Source of the DNA: Myxococcota bacterium
Lineage (GTDB): Bacteria > Myxococcota_A > UBA796 > CAJQPC01
NCBI GenBank assembly: GCA_036012755.1
Contig: DASCPX010000174.1
Coordinates: forward strand, 1 to 44,059
DNA: 44,059 nt
Direction: 5' to 3'
The notes under the pieces were generated by a model. The model saw only the letters and a list, made by a program, of their open reading frames with translations, did not search any database and was not told the origin of the DNA. Position numbers and translations under genes: made by a program. Positions 10,071-19,272 of the stretch are shown here, one piece after another. The first letter of the stretch is position 1. Each line of letters opens with the position of its first letter.

Positions 10071-10172
10071 GAGGCCGTCGATCGCCTGACCCGGTGCTTC
10101 GGCGAACGGCTGATGGCGGTCGCCGTGCGCTCCTGTCGGAACGAGACCGACGCCGAGGACGCCGTCCAGGCC
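10071..10172 (+). pseudogene. Fragment of an ECF sigma-70 factor (region 1.2-2.1)
   Basis: Translates [34 protein letters not shown]. Similarity stops abruptly there; there is an in-frame stop at 10041 and no start codon ahead of the homologous part. Confidence 0.6.
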
Positions 10173-10190
10173 GAGCGGGTCGGGAAGAGC

Positions 10191-10451
10191 TCAGCCTCGC
10201 CGGCGTCCGAGCAGGCTGACGACCGCCCACGCCAGCCAGAGCCACGGGGCTCCGTGGAGGAGCAGGTCGCCCAGGTCCAACAGCTCCATGCCGTGACCAC
10301 CGCCGGCCACCCACCGCAGCTTGCCAGCGATGTGAGGCTCTGGCCAGAAGGGCGCGAGACCCAGCGTGAGCGAGGCGAGCAGCGGAACCAGGAGGGAGCG
10401 CGGCGAACCCTTCGGCTCGCAGGCGCTGCTGAAGCAGCGGCGCTCGTTCAC
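10191..10451 (-). CDS. Small two-TM membrane protein (LGLAPF.PEPH..GK family), function unknown
   Basis: SLTLGLAPFWPEPHIAGKLRWVAGG...DLLLHGAPWL; coupled to the DUF302 gene by a GTGA overlap; start uncertain. Confidence 0.65.
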   Translation of the reverse strand: MNERRCFSSACEPKGSPRSLLVPLLASLTLGLAPFWPEPHIAGKLRWVAGGGHGMELLDLGDLLLHGAPWLWLAWAVVSLLGRRRG

Positions 10452-10846
10452 AGCGCCTCAAGGACCCGCGCCAGGGCCGCCCGGACCTCCTGCGCGATCG
10501 GCTCGATGTCGGGGCGCCCGACCACCGTGAACATCTCGACGGGGTCGATGGCGCTCACAGCCACCTCGTCCCCGATCCGCCGCACCACCACGTTGCAAGG
10601 AAGCAAGAGACCGATGGCGGGTTCGGCGCCCAGCGCCCTGTGGGCCAGCGGGGGGTTGCAGGCGCCGAGGATCAGGTAGTCGCCGAACTCCACGCCGAGC
10701 TTCGCGCGCAGCGTCGCCTTCACGTCGATCTCGGTGAGCACGCCGAAGCCCTCGGCCGCGAGCGCAGCGCGGGCTCGGCCGACGGCGTCCTCGAAGGACG
10801 CACCTGGAAGCGAGCGAATGAGTTCGTAGGGTGCTGGCTGGGTCAT
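10448..10846 (-). CDS. DUF302 domain protein
   Basis: EGFGVLTEIDVKATLRAKLG, YLILGACNPPLA and IGLLLPCNVVV motifs; RBS aggaga. Confidence 0.9.
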   Translation of the reverse strand: MTQPAPYELIRSLPGASFEDAVGRARAALAAEGFGVLTEIDVKATLRAKLGVEFGDYLILGACNPPLAHRALGAEPAIGLLLPCNVVVRRIGDEVAVSAIDPVEMFTVVGRPDIEPIAQEVRAALARVLEAL

Positions 10847-10891
10847 CTTCTCTCCTATCGCCGACAAGAGCCGCCAGGGCCACGGGGTGTT

Positions 10892-12373
10892 TCAGGCCTT
10901 CGACCCCACCATCAGCCCGATGGCCATGACAGTGACCTGCGGGTTCACGCCGAGGGCGGTGGGGAAGACCGAGGCGTCCGCGACGAAGAGGTTGTCCAGG
11001 CCGTGGACCCTGCCGTCGGGGTCGACGACGCCCTCGTCGGGCTCCACGCTCATGCGGCAGGTTCCCATGGGGTGGCTCGCCACCGCGATGATGCGATCGA
11101 AGGGGGTGTGCTCCGGAACGTCGATCTCGTCGACGGACCGGAACATGCCGACGCCGACCAGCCCCGGGACGACCCACTCGGCGCCAGCGGCGAAGAAGAC
11201 CTCGCAGCACTCCCGCACGGCCGCCAACAGGACGGCCCGGTCGTGCTCGCCGAAGTCGAAGTACAGCCCGCTCTCTGTGACCTCGCCGATCGTGTCCTCG
11301 TCGTGGATCAGGGCGCCAGCGAGGGCCACGTGCCGGAGGCGGGACATCACCTCGTTGGACTCGGGGCCCAGGGCCAGCGGCAAGCCGAGGAAGTGGTTGT
11401 CCGGCGTGATGGTGGCCGTCTGGAGCAGGTAGCCCCGATCCCAGCGGTTCACGCAGTAGCCCTGGCTGACGCCGCTCCAGTTCACGATCTCCTCTTCGAA
11501 GCCCGCGTAGACCGGAGTGCCCGGGTGGAAGTGAAGGTGCTGCCCGCAGTGTTCGTTGGGCGCGAGCCCGTTCTTCATGAGGAACCGCGGAGACCCGATG
11601 GACCCTCCGGCGAGCACGAAGCGCTCCGCTCGGACGCGAAAACGCCCCACCGCCTCCTGGCTCTCCGGGTCGAGCACCGAACCTGAAACCGAAACGATAA
11701 TCGAACCTTGCTGCTCCGCATCCTCTGCGCGGCAGTCCGAGAAGGCGCCAAGGTTCCCAGTGGCCATGGCGATGGGGAGGAAGGTCCGGTCGACGCTGTT
11801 CTTGCCCCCCGTCGGGCAGCCCAGCTGGCACACGCCACAGCCGGTGCAAGCGGGCGCTGAGCGGTACAGGTAGTCACCGTCGAGCCCGAGCGCTTCCGCC
11901 CCGCGCTTGAAGACGATGTTGTTCATGCCCTGGACGCTCTCCGGGTTCTTGACGATCCCGATGGTGTTCCAGACCCGCTCGAGATGCTCGTGGAAGAGGC
12001 CCGTGGGATCGAAGCCGGCACGAGCTCGCCAGTCCTCGAGGATCCTGTCCGGTGTCTTGAACGATATCGCAGAGTTGATGAGCGTAGACCCGCCCACGCC
12101 GCGGCCACCATTGACCGGCATCCAGCCGTTGCCGAGCGCCACCCTGGCGCCCCGCTCCTGGTAAAGGTGCGAAAAAGCCCAGGGGTTCGAGGGCTGGAAG
12201 TCGCGTGGTCGCCAGTAGCTGCCCTCTTCGACGAGGACGACGTCGAGGCCCCGCTCCGCCAGCGCGCATGCCGCCGCGATGCCACCTGCGCCAGCGCCGA
12301 TGACGGCGACCTCGCACTCGAGCTCGAGCGGGAGATCGTAGTCGGCAGCCCCAAGCACCCTCATACGTGGCAC
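10892..12373 (-). CDS. GMC-family FAD oxidoreductase (long-chain alcohol oxidase-like)
   Basis: VIGAGAGG FAD motif, GRGVGGSTLIN, CTGCGVCQLGCP, SHPMGTCRM and DASVFPTALGVNPQVT. The start is either 12373 (GTG) or 12364 (ATG). Confidence 0.88.
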   Translation of the reverse strand: MPRMRVLGAADYDLPLELECEVAVIGAGAGGIAAACALAERGLDVVLVEEGSYWRPRDFQPSNPWAFSHLYQERGARVALGNGWMPVNGGRGVGGSTLINSAISFKTPDRILEDWRARAGFDPTGLFHEHLERVWNTIGIVKNPESVQGMNNIVFKRGAEALGLDGDYLYRSAPACTGCGVCQLGCPTGGKNSVDRTFLPIAMATGNLGAFSDCRAEDAEQQGSIIVSVSGSVLDPESQEAVGRFRVRAERFVLAGGSIGSPRFLMKNGLAPNEHCGQHLHFHPGTPVYAGFEEEIVNWSGVSQGYCVNRWDRGYLLQTATITPDNHFLGLPLALGPESNEVMSRLRHVALAGALIHDEDTIGEVTESGLYFDFGEHDRAVLLAAVRECCEVFFAAGAEWVVPGLVGVGMFRSVDEIDVPEHTPFDRIIAVASHPMGTCRMSVEPDEGVVDPDGRVHGLDNLFVADASVFPTALGVNPQVTVMAIGLMVGSKA

Positions 12374-12840
12374 CGAGAGGAGAACCCTACCGCCGCCAAG
12401 ACCCTGTCATCGTTGAAGTAGGCCATGCCGAGGACCGCCTTGATCCCGTCGATGGCGACGCGCGAGACGAGCATGTCGGGGGACTGCCAGTCCTGGAGCG
12501 AGGCCAGCAGGGCCTCAGGAGGCCCTTCGATGTCGATCGAGAGGTCGAGTACACGGAGGAGGTGGCGGAAGCCCGCGACCTGGTCCTCGCCGAGGGTGTC
12601 AGCGAGCAGCTCGTCGACGCCATCGACGAGCCGGGCCTCCCGGGAGCTCACCCCGATGGGGTTGCCCTCTGGCCAGATCGCGTCACCGAGGAGTCCCGTG
12701 AGCTCGGCCTCGCGCTCGCTCAAGACCCGCCGTCCCGGCGCCGGATCAGGCAGCCTCACTACTCCCGCGCAGACCGCGCCCGAGGCAGCCACGGCGACGC
12801 CTGCCAGGATCACTCGCCGGCGCGTGGGCCCTCTCGCCAT
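12361..12840 (-). CDS. Tat-exported small partner subunit (gluconate 2-dehydrogenase subunit 3-like)
   Basis: N-terminal TRRRVILAG twin-arginine signal and C-terminal MAYFNDDRVLAAVGF; directly upstream of and overlapping the GMC gene. Confidence 0.65.
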   Translation of the reverse strand: MARGPTRRRVILAGVAVAASGAVCAGVVRLPDPAPGRRVLSEREAELTGLLGDAIWPEGNPIGVSSREARLVDGVDELLADTLGEDQVAGFRHLLRVLDLSIDIEGPPEALLASLQDWQSPDMLVSRVAIDGIKAVLGMAYFNDDRVLAAVGFSSRCHV

Positions 12841-12880
12841 GGCCTGGGTATAGCCTCCCACACACTCAGGAGTTCGACCC

Positions 12881-14503
12881 ATGCTGCACGGTGGCCGAAT
12901 CGTCGCGAAGGCCCTCGCCAGAGAGGACACGTCGCACCTCTTCACCTTGTGCGGGGGACACATCCAGCACATCTACGACGGCTGCCTCGACGAGGGCATC
13001 CGCGTGGTCGACTTCCGACACGAGCAGGCCGCTGGCCACGCCGCAGAGGGATGGGCTCGCGCCACGGGCAAGCCTGGTGTGGCCGCGGTCACCGCGGGCC
13101 CTGGCGTGACCGACGCGGTCACGGCGGTCGCCAACGCCTTCCGCGGTGGCACACCGATGATCCTCATCGGAGGTCAGGGGCCGAGCTTCTTCAAGGAGAT
13201 GGGCTCGCTCCAGGAGATGGACCACTGCCAGCTCATGCGCAGCATCACCAAGTGGTCGATCACCGTCCCCGAGACCCGCCGCATCCCCGACTACATCGCG
13301 ATGGCCTTCCGCAAGGCGACCACCGGAGTGCCCGGGCCGGTCTTCCTGGAGATGCCCCTGGACATCCTGATGAACTTCGCGAAGGAGAGCGCGTGCCCCT
13401 GGCCGGAGCGCTACCGGACCGAGGCGGCCCCTGGCGGTGACCCGGCCTACATCCAGCGCGCCGCTGACCTGCTGGCCGGCGCCGAGCGCCCCGTGGCCGT
13501 GGTCGGGACCCAGTGGTGGTGGAGCCCCTACAAGGAGGAGATCAGGGCCTTCGTCGAGCACTTCGACCTCCCCGTCTTCCTCAACGGCGGCGGTCGCGGC
13601 GCCCTGCCCCCGAGCCACGACAACAACTTCCGCCTCTGCCGGAGCAAGGCGCTGGCGCAAGCCGACGTCGTCCTCGTCTTCGGCACCCCCTGGGACTTCC
13701 GCCTCGGCTACGGTCAGAAGGTCCCGGCGACGACCAAGGTCGTGCAGATCGACCTCGACCCGGACGTCATCGGCCACAACCGCGGCCCCGAGGTGGGCAT
13801 CCTCGGCGACACGGGGTTGGTGATGAAGCAGCTGGTCGCCGCCGCGCCCGGCGCCTCGCATCCGGCCTGGCTGGCGCGGGTGGCCGAGCTCGAAGAGGCC
13901 CGCATGGCGAAGATGCGCCCCGAGATGGCGAGCGACGCCTCCCCGGTGAACCCGCTGCGCTTCAGCAAGGAGCTGGCGGCCTCGATCCCAGACAACGCCA
14001 CCATCGTCTGCGACGGCGGCGACATCGTAGGCACCGCCGCGAAGCTGGTCTCCTCCAGCGTCGGCGGCCACTGGATGGACCCCGGTCCGCTGGGAACCCT
14101 GGGCGTCGGACCCAGCTACGCGATGGCGGCGAGGCTGGCCCGACCGGACGAGCCCGTGTTCGTGATCTACGGGGACGGCAGCTTCGGTCTCAACGGCTTC
14201 GAGTACGAAGCCGCGGTGCGGCAGGACATTCCCTTCGTGGGTGTGATGGGCAACGACGCCTGCTGGACCCAGATCCACCGCGGTCAGAAGCAGATCTTCG
14301 GCAACGAGCGCACCCCCGCGACACACCTCGCCTACACCCGCTACGACAAGATCGTGGAGGCGATGGGAGGCCACGGCGAGTACGTCGAGCAGCCCGGGGA
14401 GATCCGCCCGGCCATCGAGCGGGCGCTCGAGAGCGGCAAGCCGGCGCTGGTGAACGTGAAGATCGGCGCCTCCGACTTCCGCAAGGGAGCCATCTCCGTC
14501 TGA
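12881..14503 (+). CDS. ThDP-dependent enzyme, acetolactate synthase-like ILVBL/HACL2 (2-hydroxyacyl-CoA lyase-like) subfamily
   Basis: [41 protein letters not shown]...GNDACW and C-terminal [12 protein letters not shown] caggag. Confidence 0.85.
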   Translation: MLHGGRIVAKALAREDTSHLFTLCGGHIQHIYDGCLDEGIRVVDFRHEQAAGHAAEGWARATGKPGVAAVTAGPGVTDAVTAVANAFRGGTPMILIGGQGPSFFKEMGSLQEMDHCQLMRSITKWSITVPETRRIPDYIAMAFRKATTGVPGPVFLEMPLDILMNFAKESACPWPERYRTEAAPGGDPAYIQRAADLLAGAERPVAVVGTQWWWSPYKEEIRAFVEHFDLPVFLNGGGRGALPPSHDNNFRLCRSKALAQADVVLVFGTPWDFRLGYGQKVPATTKVVQIDLDPDVIGHNRGPEVGILGDTGLVMKQLVAAAPGASHPAWLARVAELEEARMAKMRPEMASDASPVNPLRFSKELAASIPDNATIVCDGGDIVGTAAKLVSSSVGGHWMDPGPLGTLGVGPSYAMAARLARPDEPVFVIYGDGSFGLNGFEYEAAVRQDIPFVGVMGNDACWTQIHRGQKQIFGNERTPATHLAYTRYDKIVEAMGGHGEYVEQPGEIRPAIERALESGKPALVNVKIGASDFRKGAISV

Positions 14504-15915
14504 TGTCGTTCATGGACCACCTCGGTCGCCACGCTCGGGCCCGCCTGGAAGAGGTCGCCGAGCGCATCCGCGTGCCTCGTCTGGAGCTGGTGATCCGCGC
14601 GGGCGACACCGACTGCGACTTCTATCGGATCGAGACAGGCAGCCTCGAGGTCGTCGACCGCAGCGCTCGACCGGAGCTGGTGCTGGACGTGCTCGGTCCC
14701 GGAACGGTCGTCGGCGAGATGAGCTTCCTCACCGGAGACGCTCGCAGCGCTGACGTTCGCGCCGGTGAAGACTGCGAGCTGCTCAGGTGGTCGGAGGACA
14801 GCCTCCACGCAGAGCTGCGCCGTGACCCCAAGCTCGCAACTTCCTTCTACCGCTCCTCCGCCCGGCTGCTCGCGAAGCGCCTGCGCACCCTGACCGCAGC
14901 GGCGACATCCGGAGGTCTCGGTGGTGCTGGCGAACGAGCCGCCGTCCCCGAAGAGGTGCGGGGTGCCCGCGCCCTGGCCGACAGCATGAAGACCGAGCTC
15001 CTGCTGGCGGAGGCCAAGGTCAGGCAGGAGGGTCAAGAGGAGGCGGAGGCGTTCCTCGCGCAGGTCTGGGAGCGCTTCGTGGACAGCGGTCGGCGCCTCT
15101 TCGCCGCCCTGAGCACCGCCGAGGCGGAGCTCGCTGGAAAGCTGCTCGCCCAGGAGCTGTCCCCCTACTTGATCCGCTCCAGGCTGGCAGAGCTGGCCAT
15201 CACTCGCAGCTCGGGGCGAACCGGCGGACCGGCGCTCCTGGCCCACATCGAGACCGGATCAGGTCGAGGCAGCGACGCCCTGGGCCAGGCCCTGGACGCG
15301 ACCCTCCAGCGCATGCCCACGAGCCTCGGCCTGCGAGACCGCATCCTCCCCACGATCAACGCAGTCGAGGACGCGCTCCCACCACGAGCCGCCCGCGTGA
15401 TGGTGCTGAACGTCGGGCCGGGCACCACCATCGCGCGACTGGTAACGGTGATGGGCAACACCGGCGGAGAGATCACCGCCGTAGACAACGACAGCGAGGC
15501 CCTGTCCTTCCTCAACTCCGCCTCGGTCGCGCCGCTCAAGGTGAGCCTCCGCGTCGTGCCAGAGGACCTCTCCCGCATCGCCGCGGGAGTGTCGCTCGTG
15601 AACTTCGGCCCCCACGACGTGCTCGTCATCGACGGTCTGCTCGAGTACCTGCCCGATCGGGTGGTCGCGACGCTGCTGCGCGCCCTGTTGACACACACCG
15701 CCGCCGGGAGCTCCATCGTCATGAACCTGCTCTTGCCCTCGGACGACCGCTTCGTCTTCGACCACCTGCTCGCGTGGCGCACAGTGCGTCGGGATCCGGG
15801 CGCCGTGACACGACTCCTCGAAGCGGTGGGCTACAGCGACGCCAGCGTGCGCTATGCGGAGGGAGCTGCTGCCGTCGTCGTCGCGAAGGTGCCTTCGATC
15901 AGGGCCGGCGTATAG
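14503..15915 (+). CDS. Cyclic-nucleotide-binding domain fused to a class I SAM methyltransferase-like domain
   Basis: Phosphate-binding cassette VGEMSFLTGDARSADVRA; C-terminal VMVLNVGPG, ITAVDND and DVLVIDGLLEYLPD. The ATG overlaps the upstream TGA (TGATG). Confidence 0.75.
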   Translation: MSFMDHLGRHARARLEEVAERIRVPRLELVIRAGDTDCDFYRIETGSLEVVDRSARPELVLDVLGPGTVVGEMSFLTGDARSADVRAGEDCELLRWSEDSLHAELRRDPKLATSFYRSSARLLAKRLRTLTAAATSGGLGGAGERAAVPEEVRGARALADSMKTELLLAEAKVRQEGQEEAEAFLAQVWERFVDSGRRLFAALSTAEAELAGKLLAQELSPYLIRSRLAELAITRSSGRTGGPALLAHIETGSGRGSDALGQALDATLQRMPTSLGLRDRILPTINAVEDALPPRAARVMVLNVGPGTTIARLVTVMGNTGGEITAVDNDSEALSFLNSASVAPLKVSLRVVPEDLSRIAAGVSLVNFGPHDVLVIDGLLEYLPDRVVATLLRALLTHTAAGSSIVMNLLLPSDDRFVFDHLLAWRTVRRDPGAVTRLLEAVGYSDASVRYAEGAAAVVVAKVPSIRAGV

Positions 15916-17080
15916 GCGGAAGCGGCGGAAGCAGGATCAGCGCCATGCCTCCGACCACGACGATGGCGGAGGCCCAGGTGAGCGCGGTCGTCACCGTCTC
16001 CCCGGAGGATGCGCGGTGGCCACCCGCCGGAGCTGGAGCGCGTGAGCTGGGCCCAGAGCGCGGCGTGCTCCGGCTTTCGGCCGGGGCCCGATCCGCTGCA
16101 GGGGCCGGGGCCCGATCCGCTGCAGGGGCCGGGGCCCGATCCGCTGCAGGGGCCGGGCCCGGATCCGCTGCAGGGGCGGAGAGTCCGAGCAGCGCATCCC
16201 GATAGCGGCGCTCGCGGCCGAGCATGGCCAGGGAGTCGACGATCGGCTCCGAGTCGAGCAGGAAGACATCGCGGACCCGGAACGAGCCCGCCTCTTCGGC
16301 CAGGGCGACCCGGAAGTGCTGGATGAGCGGCAGCGTCCCGCCTCGTTCGACGAGCGCCGCCCGATCCTCCGCGTCCAGGCTGCGCCAGGTCTGGCCCAGC
16401 GGAAGATCGCCGCACGCGGTGGCACAGAGTTCATCGGCCGCGAGCTGGTCGAACATGCGCGAGGAGACATGGACCTCTGCGAGGGTCCAGACGTAGACGC
16501 TGTCGGGCCCTCCAGCCTCCATCCGGTAGCCGCGCAGGGTCTTGAAGCCGTCCTCGACGAGGATCTCACGCAGGCGACGAGCGATCTCGGCCTTGGCCCA
16601 GTCCGCCTGCTGGGAGATCACATCGGCCGTGAGGGCCGCCGCCAGGTCCGACTCGAGGCACTGTTCGTAGAGCAGCTGGGGCCGCGTCCCAGAGATCTTG
16701 TCGAGGCACCCGGAGACGAACTCGGTGGCCGGCGTCGAGTCATGGGGCTCGCCGTCGAGGATTCGCTCGGCGGCTTGCCACCGGCGTCGCTCGGGAGAGT
16801 CTCCCTCCGGCCATGCCTCGAGCGCCCCCGAGAAGTCCCACCGCATCGCCAGCGAGTGAGCGAGCACACCGGGATCCGAGGACGCCGTGATCGCGCCCTC
16901 GGCGTCGAAGATCTCCAAGCGCGCCTGAGCCAGGGCTAGCGACGGTTGTCCTTGCTCTAGGAGCTCGATCCGCCTGGAAAGCTCGTCCGAGAGCTCTGTG
17001 CTGCGGCTCCGGCGTGCCTCGATCTCCGCCTGCCCAAGGACAGGGTCGGCCAGCGCCAGCGAGACGAGGTACGTGAGCAC
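15899..17080 (-). CDS. Hypothetical exported protein with Pro/Ala linker and C-terminal membrane anchor
   Basis: Short signal peptide MLTYLVSLALA, a helical N-terminal region, APAADRAP repeats and a C-terminal TM (ALTWASAIVVVGGMALILL). The GTG start is preceded by an extended -10 element. Confidence 0.6.
   Translation of the reverse strand: MLTYLVSLALADPVLGQAEIEARRSRSTELSDELSRRIELLEQGQPSLALAQARLEIFDAEGAITASSDPGVLAHSLAMRWDFSGALEAWPEGDSPERRRWQAAERILDGEPHDSTPATEFVSGCLDKISGTRPQLLYEQCLESDLAAALTADVISQQADWAKAEIARRLREILVEDGFKTLRGYRMEAGGPDSVYVWTLAEVHVSSRMFDQLAADELCATACGDLPLGQTWRSLDAEDRAALVERGGTLPLIQHFRVALAEEAGSFRVRDVFLLDSEPIVDSLAMLGRERRYRDALLGLSAPAADPGPAPAADRAPAPAADRAPAPAADRAPAESRSTPRSGPSSRAPAPAGGHRASSGETVTTALTWASAIVVVGGMALILLPPLPPIRRP
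16081..16176. repeat. 24-bp tandem repeat x4, coding (APAADRAP)
   Basis: ccggggcccgatccgctgcagggg occurs three times exactly, plus one variant copy. Confidence 0.92.
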
Positions 17081-17086
17081 CGCGCG

Positions 17087-17095
17087 AGGGTAGCA
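17087..17095 (-). promoter_or_regulatory. Extended -10 promoter element (TGcTACCCT), probable leaderless transcript
   Basis: TGnTAnnnT lies 6 nt upstream of the GTG at 17080; no SD sequence; the divergent intergenic gap is only 15 bp. Confidence 0.45.
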
Positions 17096-18247
17096 GTGGA
17101 ACGCAGCACCGAAGCCGCGGCCGACGTCGACCGCATCAACACCTTCTTCCCCCTCATGCCCCAGCTGGGCATGCGCTGGGCGCGCACGCGTCCGTGGGAG
17201 GACCTCACCATCGCGGTGAACGCACACCTCACCACGCTCACCGCGGCGCTCCTTCGAGAGCTCACGCTCGGCGGCGGCAGCTGGGTCGTCTGCGCGGCGA
17301 ATGTCCACACGACCGACGCCGGGGTCGTCGAGCTCCTGCGCGCCCAGGGCATCGAGGTCGTCCACGGTCGCGACCGCGACAACCACGACCGCCACCTCGC
17401 CACCATCGCTCACGGGCCGGAGCTCGTGGCGGACGTCGGCTTCGAGCTGCTCGGCACGCTCCTGTCCCGAAGCCCGGACCACATCGCGAGCGTGAAGGGC
17501 GCCGTCGAGATCACGCGCACCGGCATCAACCGCCTGAGAGCCATCCGCGAGCTGCCCTTCGGCGTCGTCAACATCAACGACAGCGAGCTGAAGTACAACG
17601 TGGAGAATCGCCACGGTGTCGGCGAGGGGCTGTGGCCCTGCCTCACCGACATCACCGGCATGCACCTCTCCGGGCGCCGGGTGCTCATCGTCGGCTACGG
17701 CCCCGTCGGCCAGGGAGTCGCCAGCTACGCGCGGGCTCGTGGAGCCTCTGTAGAGGTCGTCGAGATCGACCCCATCCGCCGCCTCGTGGCCAACTACGAC
17801 GGCTTCCCGACCCCCTCCGCAGACGAGGGCCTCAGGCGCGCGGACATCGCCGTCACAGTCAGCGGGGTCCCCCACGCCATCACCGTGAAGCAGCTCCGCG
17901 CCGTCGGCTCCGACCTTCTCCTCGTGAACGCAGGCCACGGCGCGGACGAGATCGACGTGACCGGCCTCAGGGCCGCTGCTGTGCGCGGCGACCAGCTCGG
18001 TCCGCACTGCGTGCGCTACCAGCTCCGGGACAAAGGCCCCTGGCTCACGGTGCTGGGCGGCGGGAACCCGCTCAACATCGTGCTCAACGCCGGCTCTCCG
18101 GAGCCCGTACTGCTCCACTTCGCGCTCCTGGGGCTCACGCTCGAGTGGCTGGCGAAGGGAAGCCTGCCTCCTGGCGAGGTGATCGTCCCGCGCGAGCTCC
18201 AGGCAGAGGTCGCCCGGCTCGCGCTCTCCGCACGCGGCCACGGATGA
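17096..18247 (+). CDS. Divergent adenosylhomocysteinase (AhcY/SAHH)-family protein
   Basis: AHLT, EITRTG, NINDSELKYNVENRHGVG, NAD motif VGYGPVGQGVA, VEIDPIR, NAGHGADEID and GNPLNI; several canonical catalytic residues are substituted. Confidence 0.8.
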   Translation: MERSTEAAADVDRINTFFPLMPQLGMRWARTRPWEDLTIAVNAHLTTLTAALLRELTLGGGSWVVCAANVHTTDAGVVELLRAQGIEVVHGRDRDNHDRHLATIAHGPELVADVGFELLGTLLSRSPDHIASVKGAVEITRTGINRLRAIRELPFGVVNINDSELKYNVENRHGVGEGLWPCLTDITGMHLSGRRVLIVGYGPVGQGVASYARARGASVEVVEIDPIRRLVANYDGFPTPSADEGLRRADIAVTVSGVPHAITVKQLRAVGSDLLLVNAGHGADEIDVTGLRAAAVRGDQLGPHCVRYQLRDKGPWLTVLGGGNPLNIVLNAGSPEPVLLHFALLGLTLEWLAKGSLPPGEVIVPRELQAEVARLALSARGHG

Positions 18248-18795
18248 ACGTGATCCTCGGCCTGCTCCGCACGAGGCGGTGGGCCGAAGCGGAGGTCCTC
18301 CTGCGGGATGCCCTCGAGCGACAGAGCGCTCCTCCCGGCCCCCTGCTCGGCTTGCTGTCCCAGTCGCTGCTGGAGCAAGGGCGCGCGGAGGAAGCCAAGG
18401 AGACCTGCCGCCAGGCGCTGCGCACCGCCAAGGCCAGCGGAGACCAGCGCGGCCTCGCCCAGCTGCGCCAGCTCAATGCCCGCATCCGCGCTGAGCTCGC
18501 AGCGGCCACCGTGAGTGCGGAGCCGTCCGAGGTCGAGGCGCTGCTGCTCCAAGCCCAGCGAAGCCGAGGTGCCGAGGCTGCGGCCCTCGCTCGAGAGGCC
18601 CAGGGTCTCGCGGCCGGTCCACGCGAGGAGGTCCTCTGTTGCCTGGCCCTCGTTCGCGCCGAGCCGGACCGGGCGGAGACGCACCTGCGGTCCGCACACG
18701 CCATCGCGGACGAGCACGAGGAGCCCCAGCTCATCGCCGCCATCGCCAATGCCGCCCGCATGGCTGGCGTAGACTTCGGCACCCACCGGTTTTGA
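18244..18795 (+). CDS. TPR-like helical hypothetical protein
   Basis: ATGA overlap with the AhcY-like gene; TPR-like segments WAEAEVLLRDAL and LLEQGRAEEAKETCRQAL. Confidence 0.6.
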   Translation: MNVILGLLRTRRWAEAEVLLRDALERQSAPPGPLLGLLSQSLLEQGRAEEAKETCRQALRTAKASGDQRGLAQLRQLNARIRAELAAATVSAEPSEVEALLLQAQRSRGAEAAALAREAQGLAAGPREEVLCCLALVRAEPDRAETHLRSAHAIADEHEEPQLIAAIANAARMAGVDFGTHRF

Positions 18796-18804
18796 GGTCC
18801 CCCG

Positions 18805-19272
18805 ATGCTGCTCACGTTGATGCGGCACGGCATCGCAGAGAGCTTCGCCGGCTCTGACGCGAACCGTGCGCTGACACCCTCGGGGGCTGTGATCGTCCGC
18901 GAGGTCGTTCGGGGTCTCCACGCTGGCGGCTGGCTCCCGGGCTCCATCGTCTGCAGCCCGCTGGTGCGAGCCCGGCAGACCGCGGCGCTGATCGAGGAGC
19001 GCTTCCCCGGCTTGCCCACAGAGGTGCTGACACAAGCGATCCACACCGCACCGGACCTGCTCGAGCAGATCGGCCGTCTCGGGCTGGTCGACCCCATCAT
19101 CGTGGGCCACAACCCAGGCATCTCGCGCCTCGCGGGAGAGCTCATCGGAGCTGGTCACTTGCCCTTCGAGCCGGCCACGGTGGCCTGTTATCGCCTGGAC
19201 GGCCTGCCCCCGAGGGAGCACGGGCAGCTGCTGTGGTTCGCCCCACCGAACTTCGCGAGGTGTTTCCGTTGA
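18805..19272 (+). CDS. sixA: Phosphohistidine phosphatase SixA (histidine phosphatase family)
   Basis: LMRHG, D..RALT, SPLVRARQTA and VGHNP motifs. Confidence 0.88.
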   Translation: MLLTLMRHGIAESFAGSDANRALTPSGAVIVREVVRGLHAGGWLPGSIVCSPLVRARQTAALIEERFPGLPTEVLTQAIHTAPDLLEQIGRLGLVDPIIVGHNPGISRLAGELIGAGHLPFEPATVACYRLDGLPPREHGQLLWFAPPNFARCFR

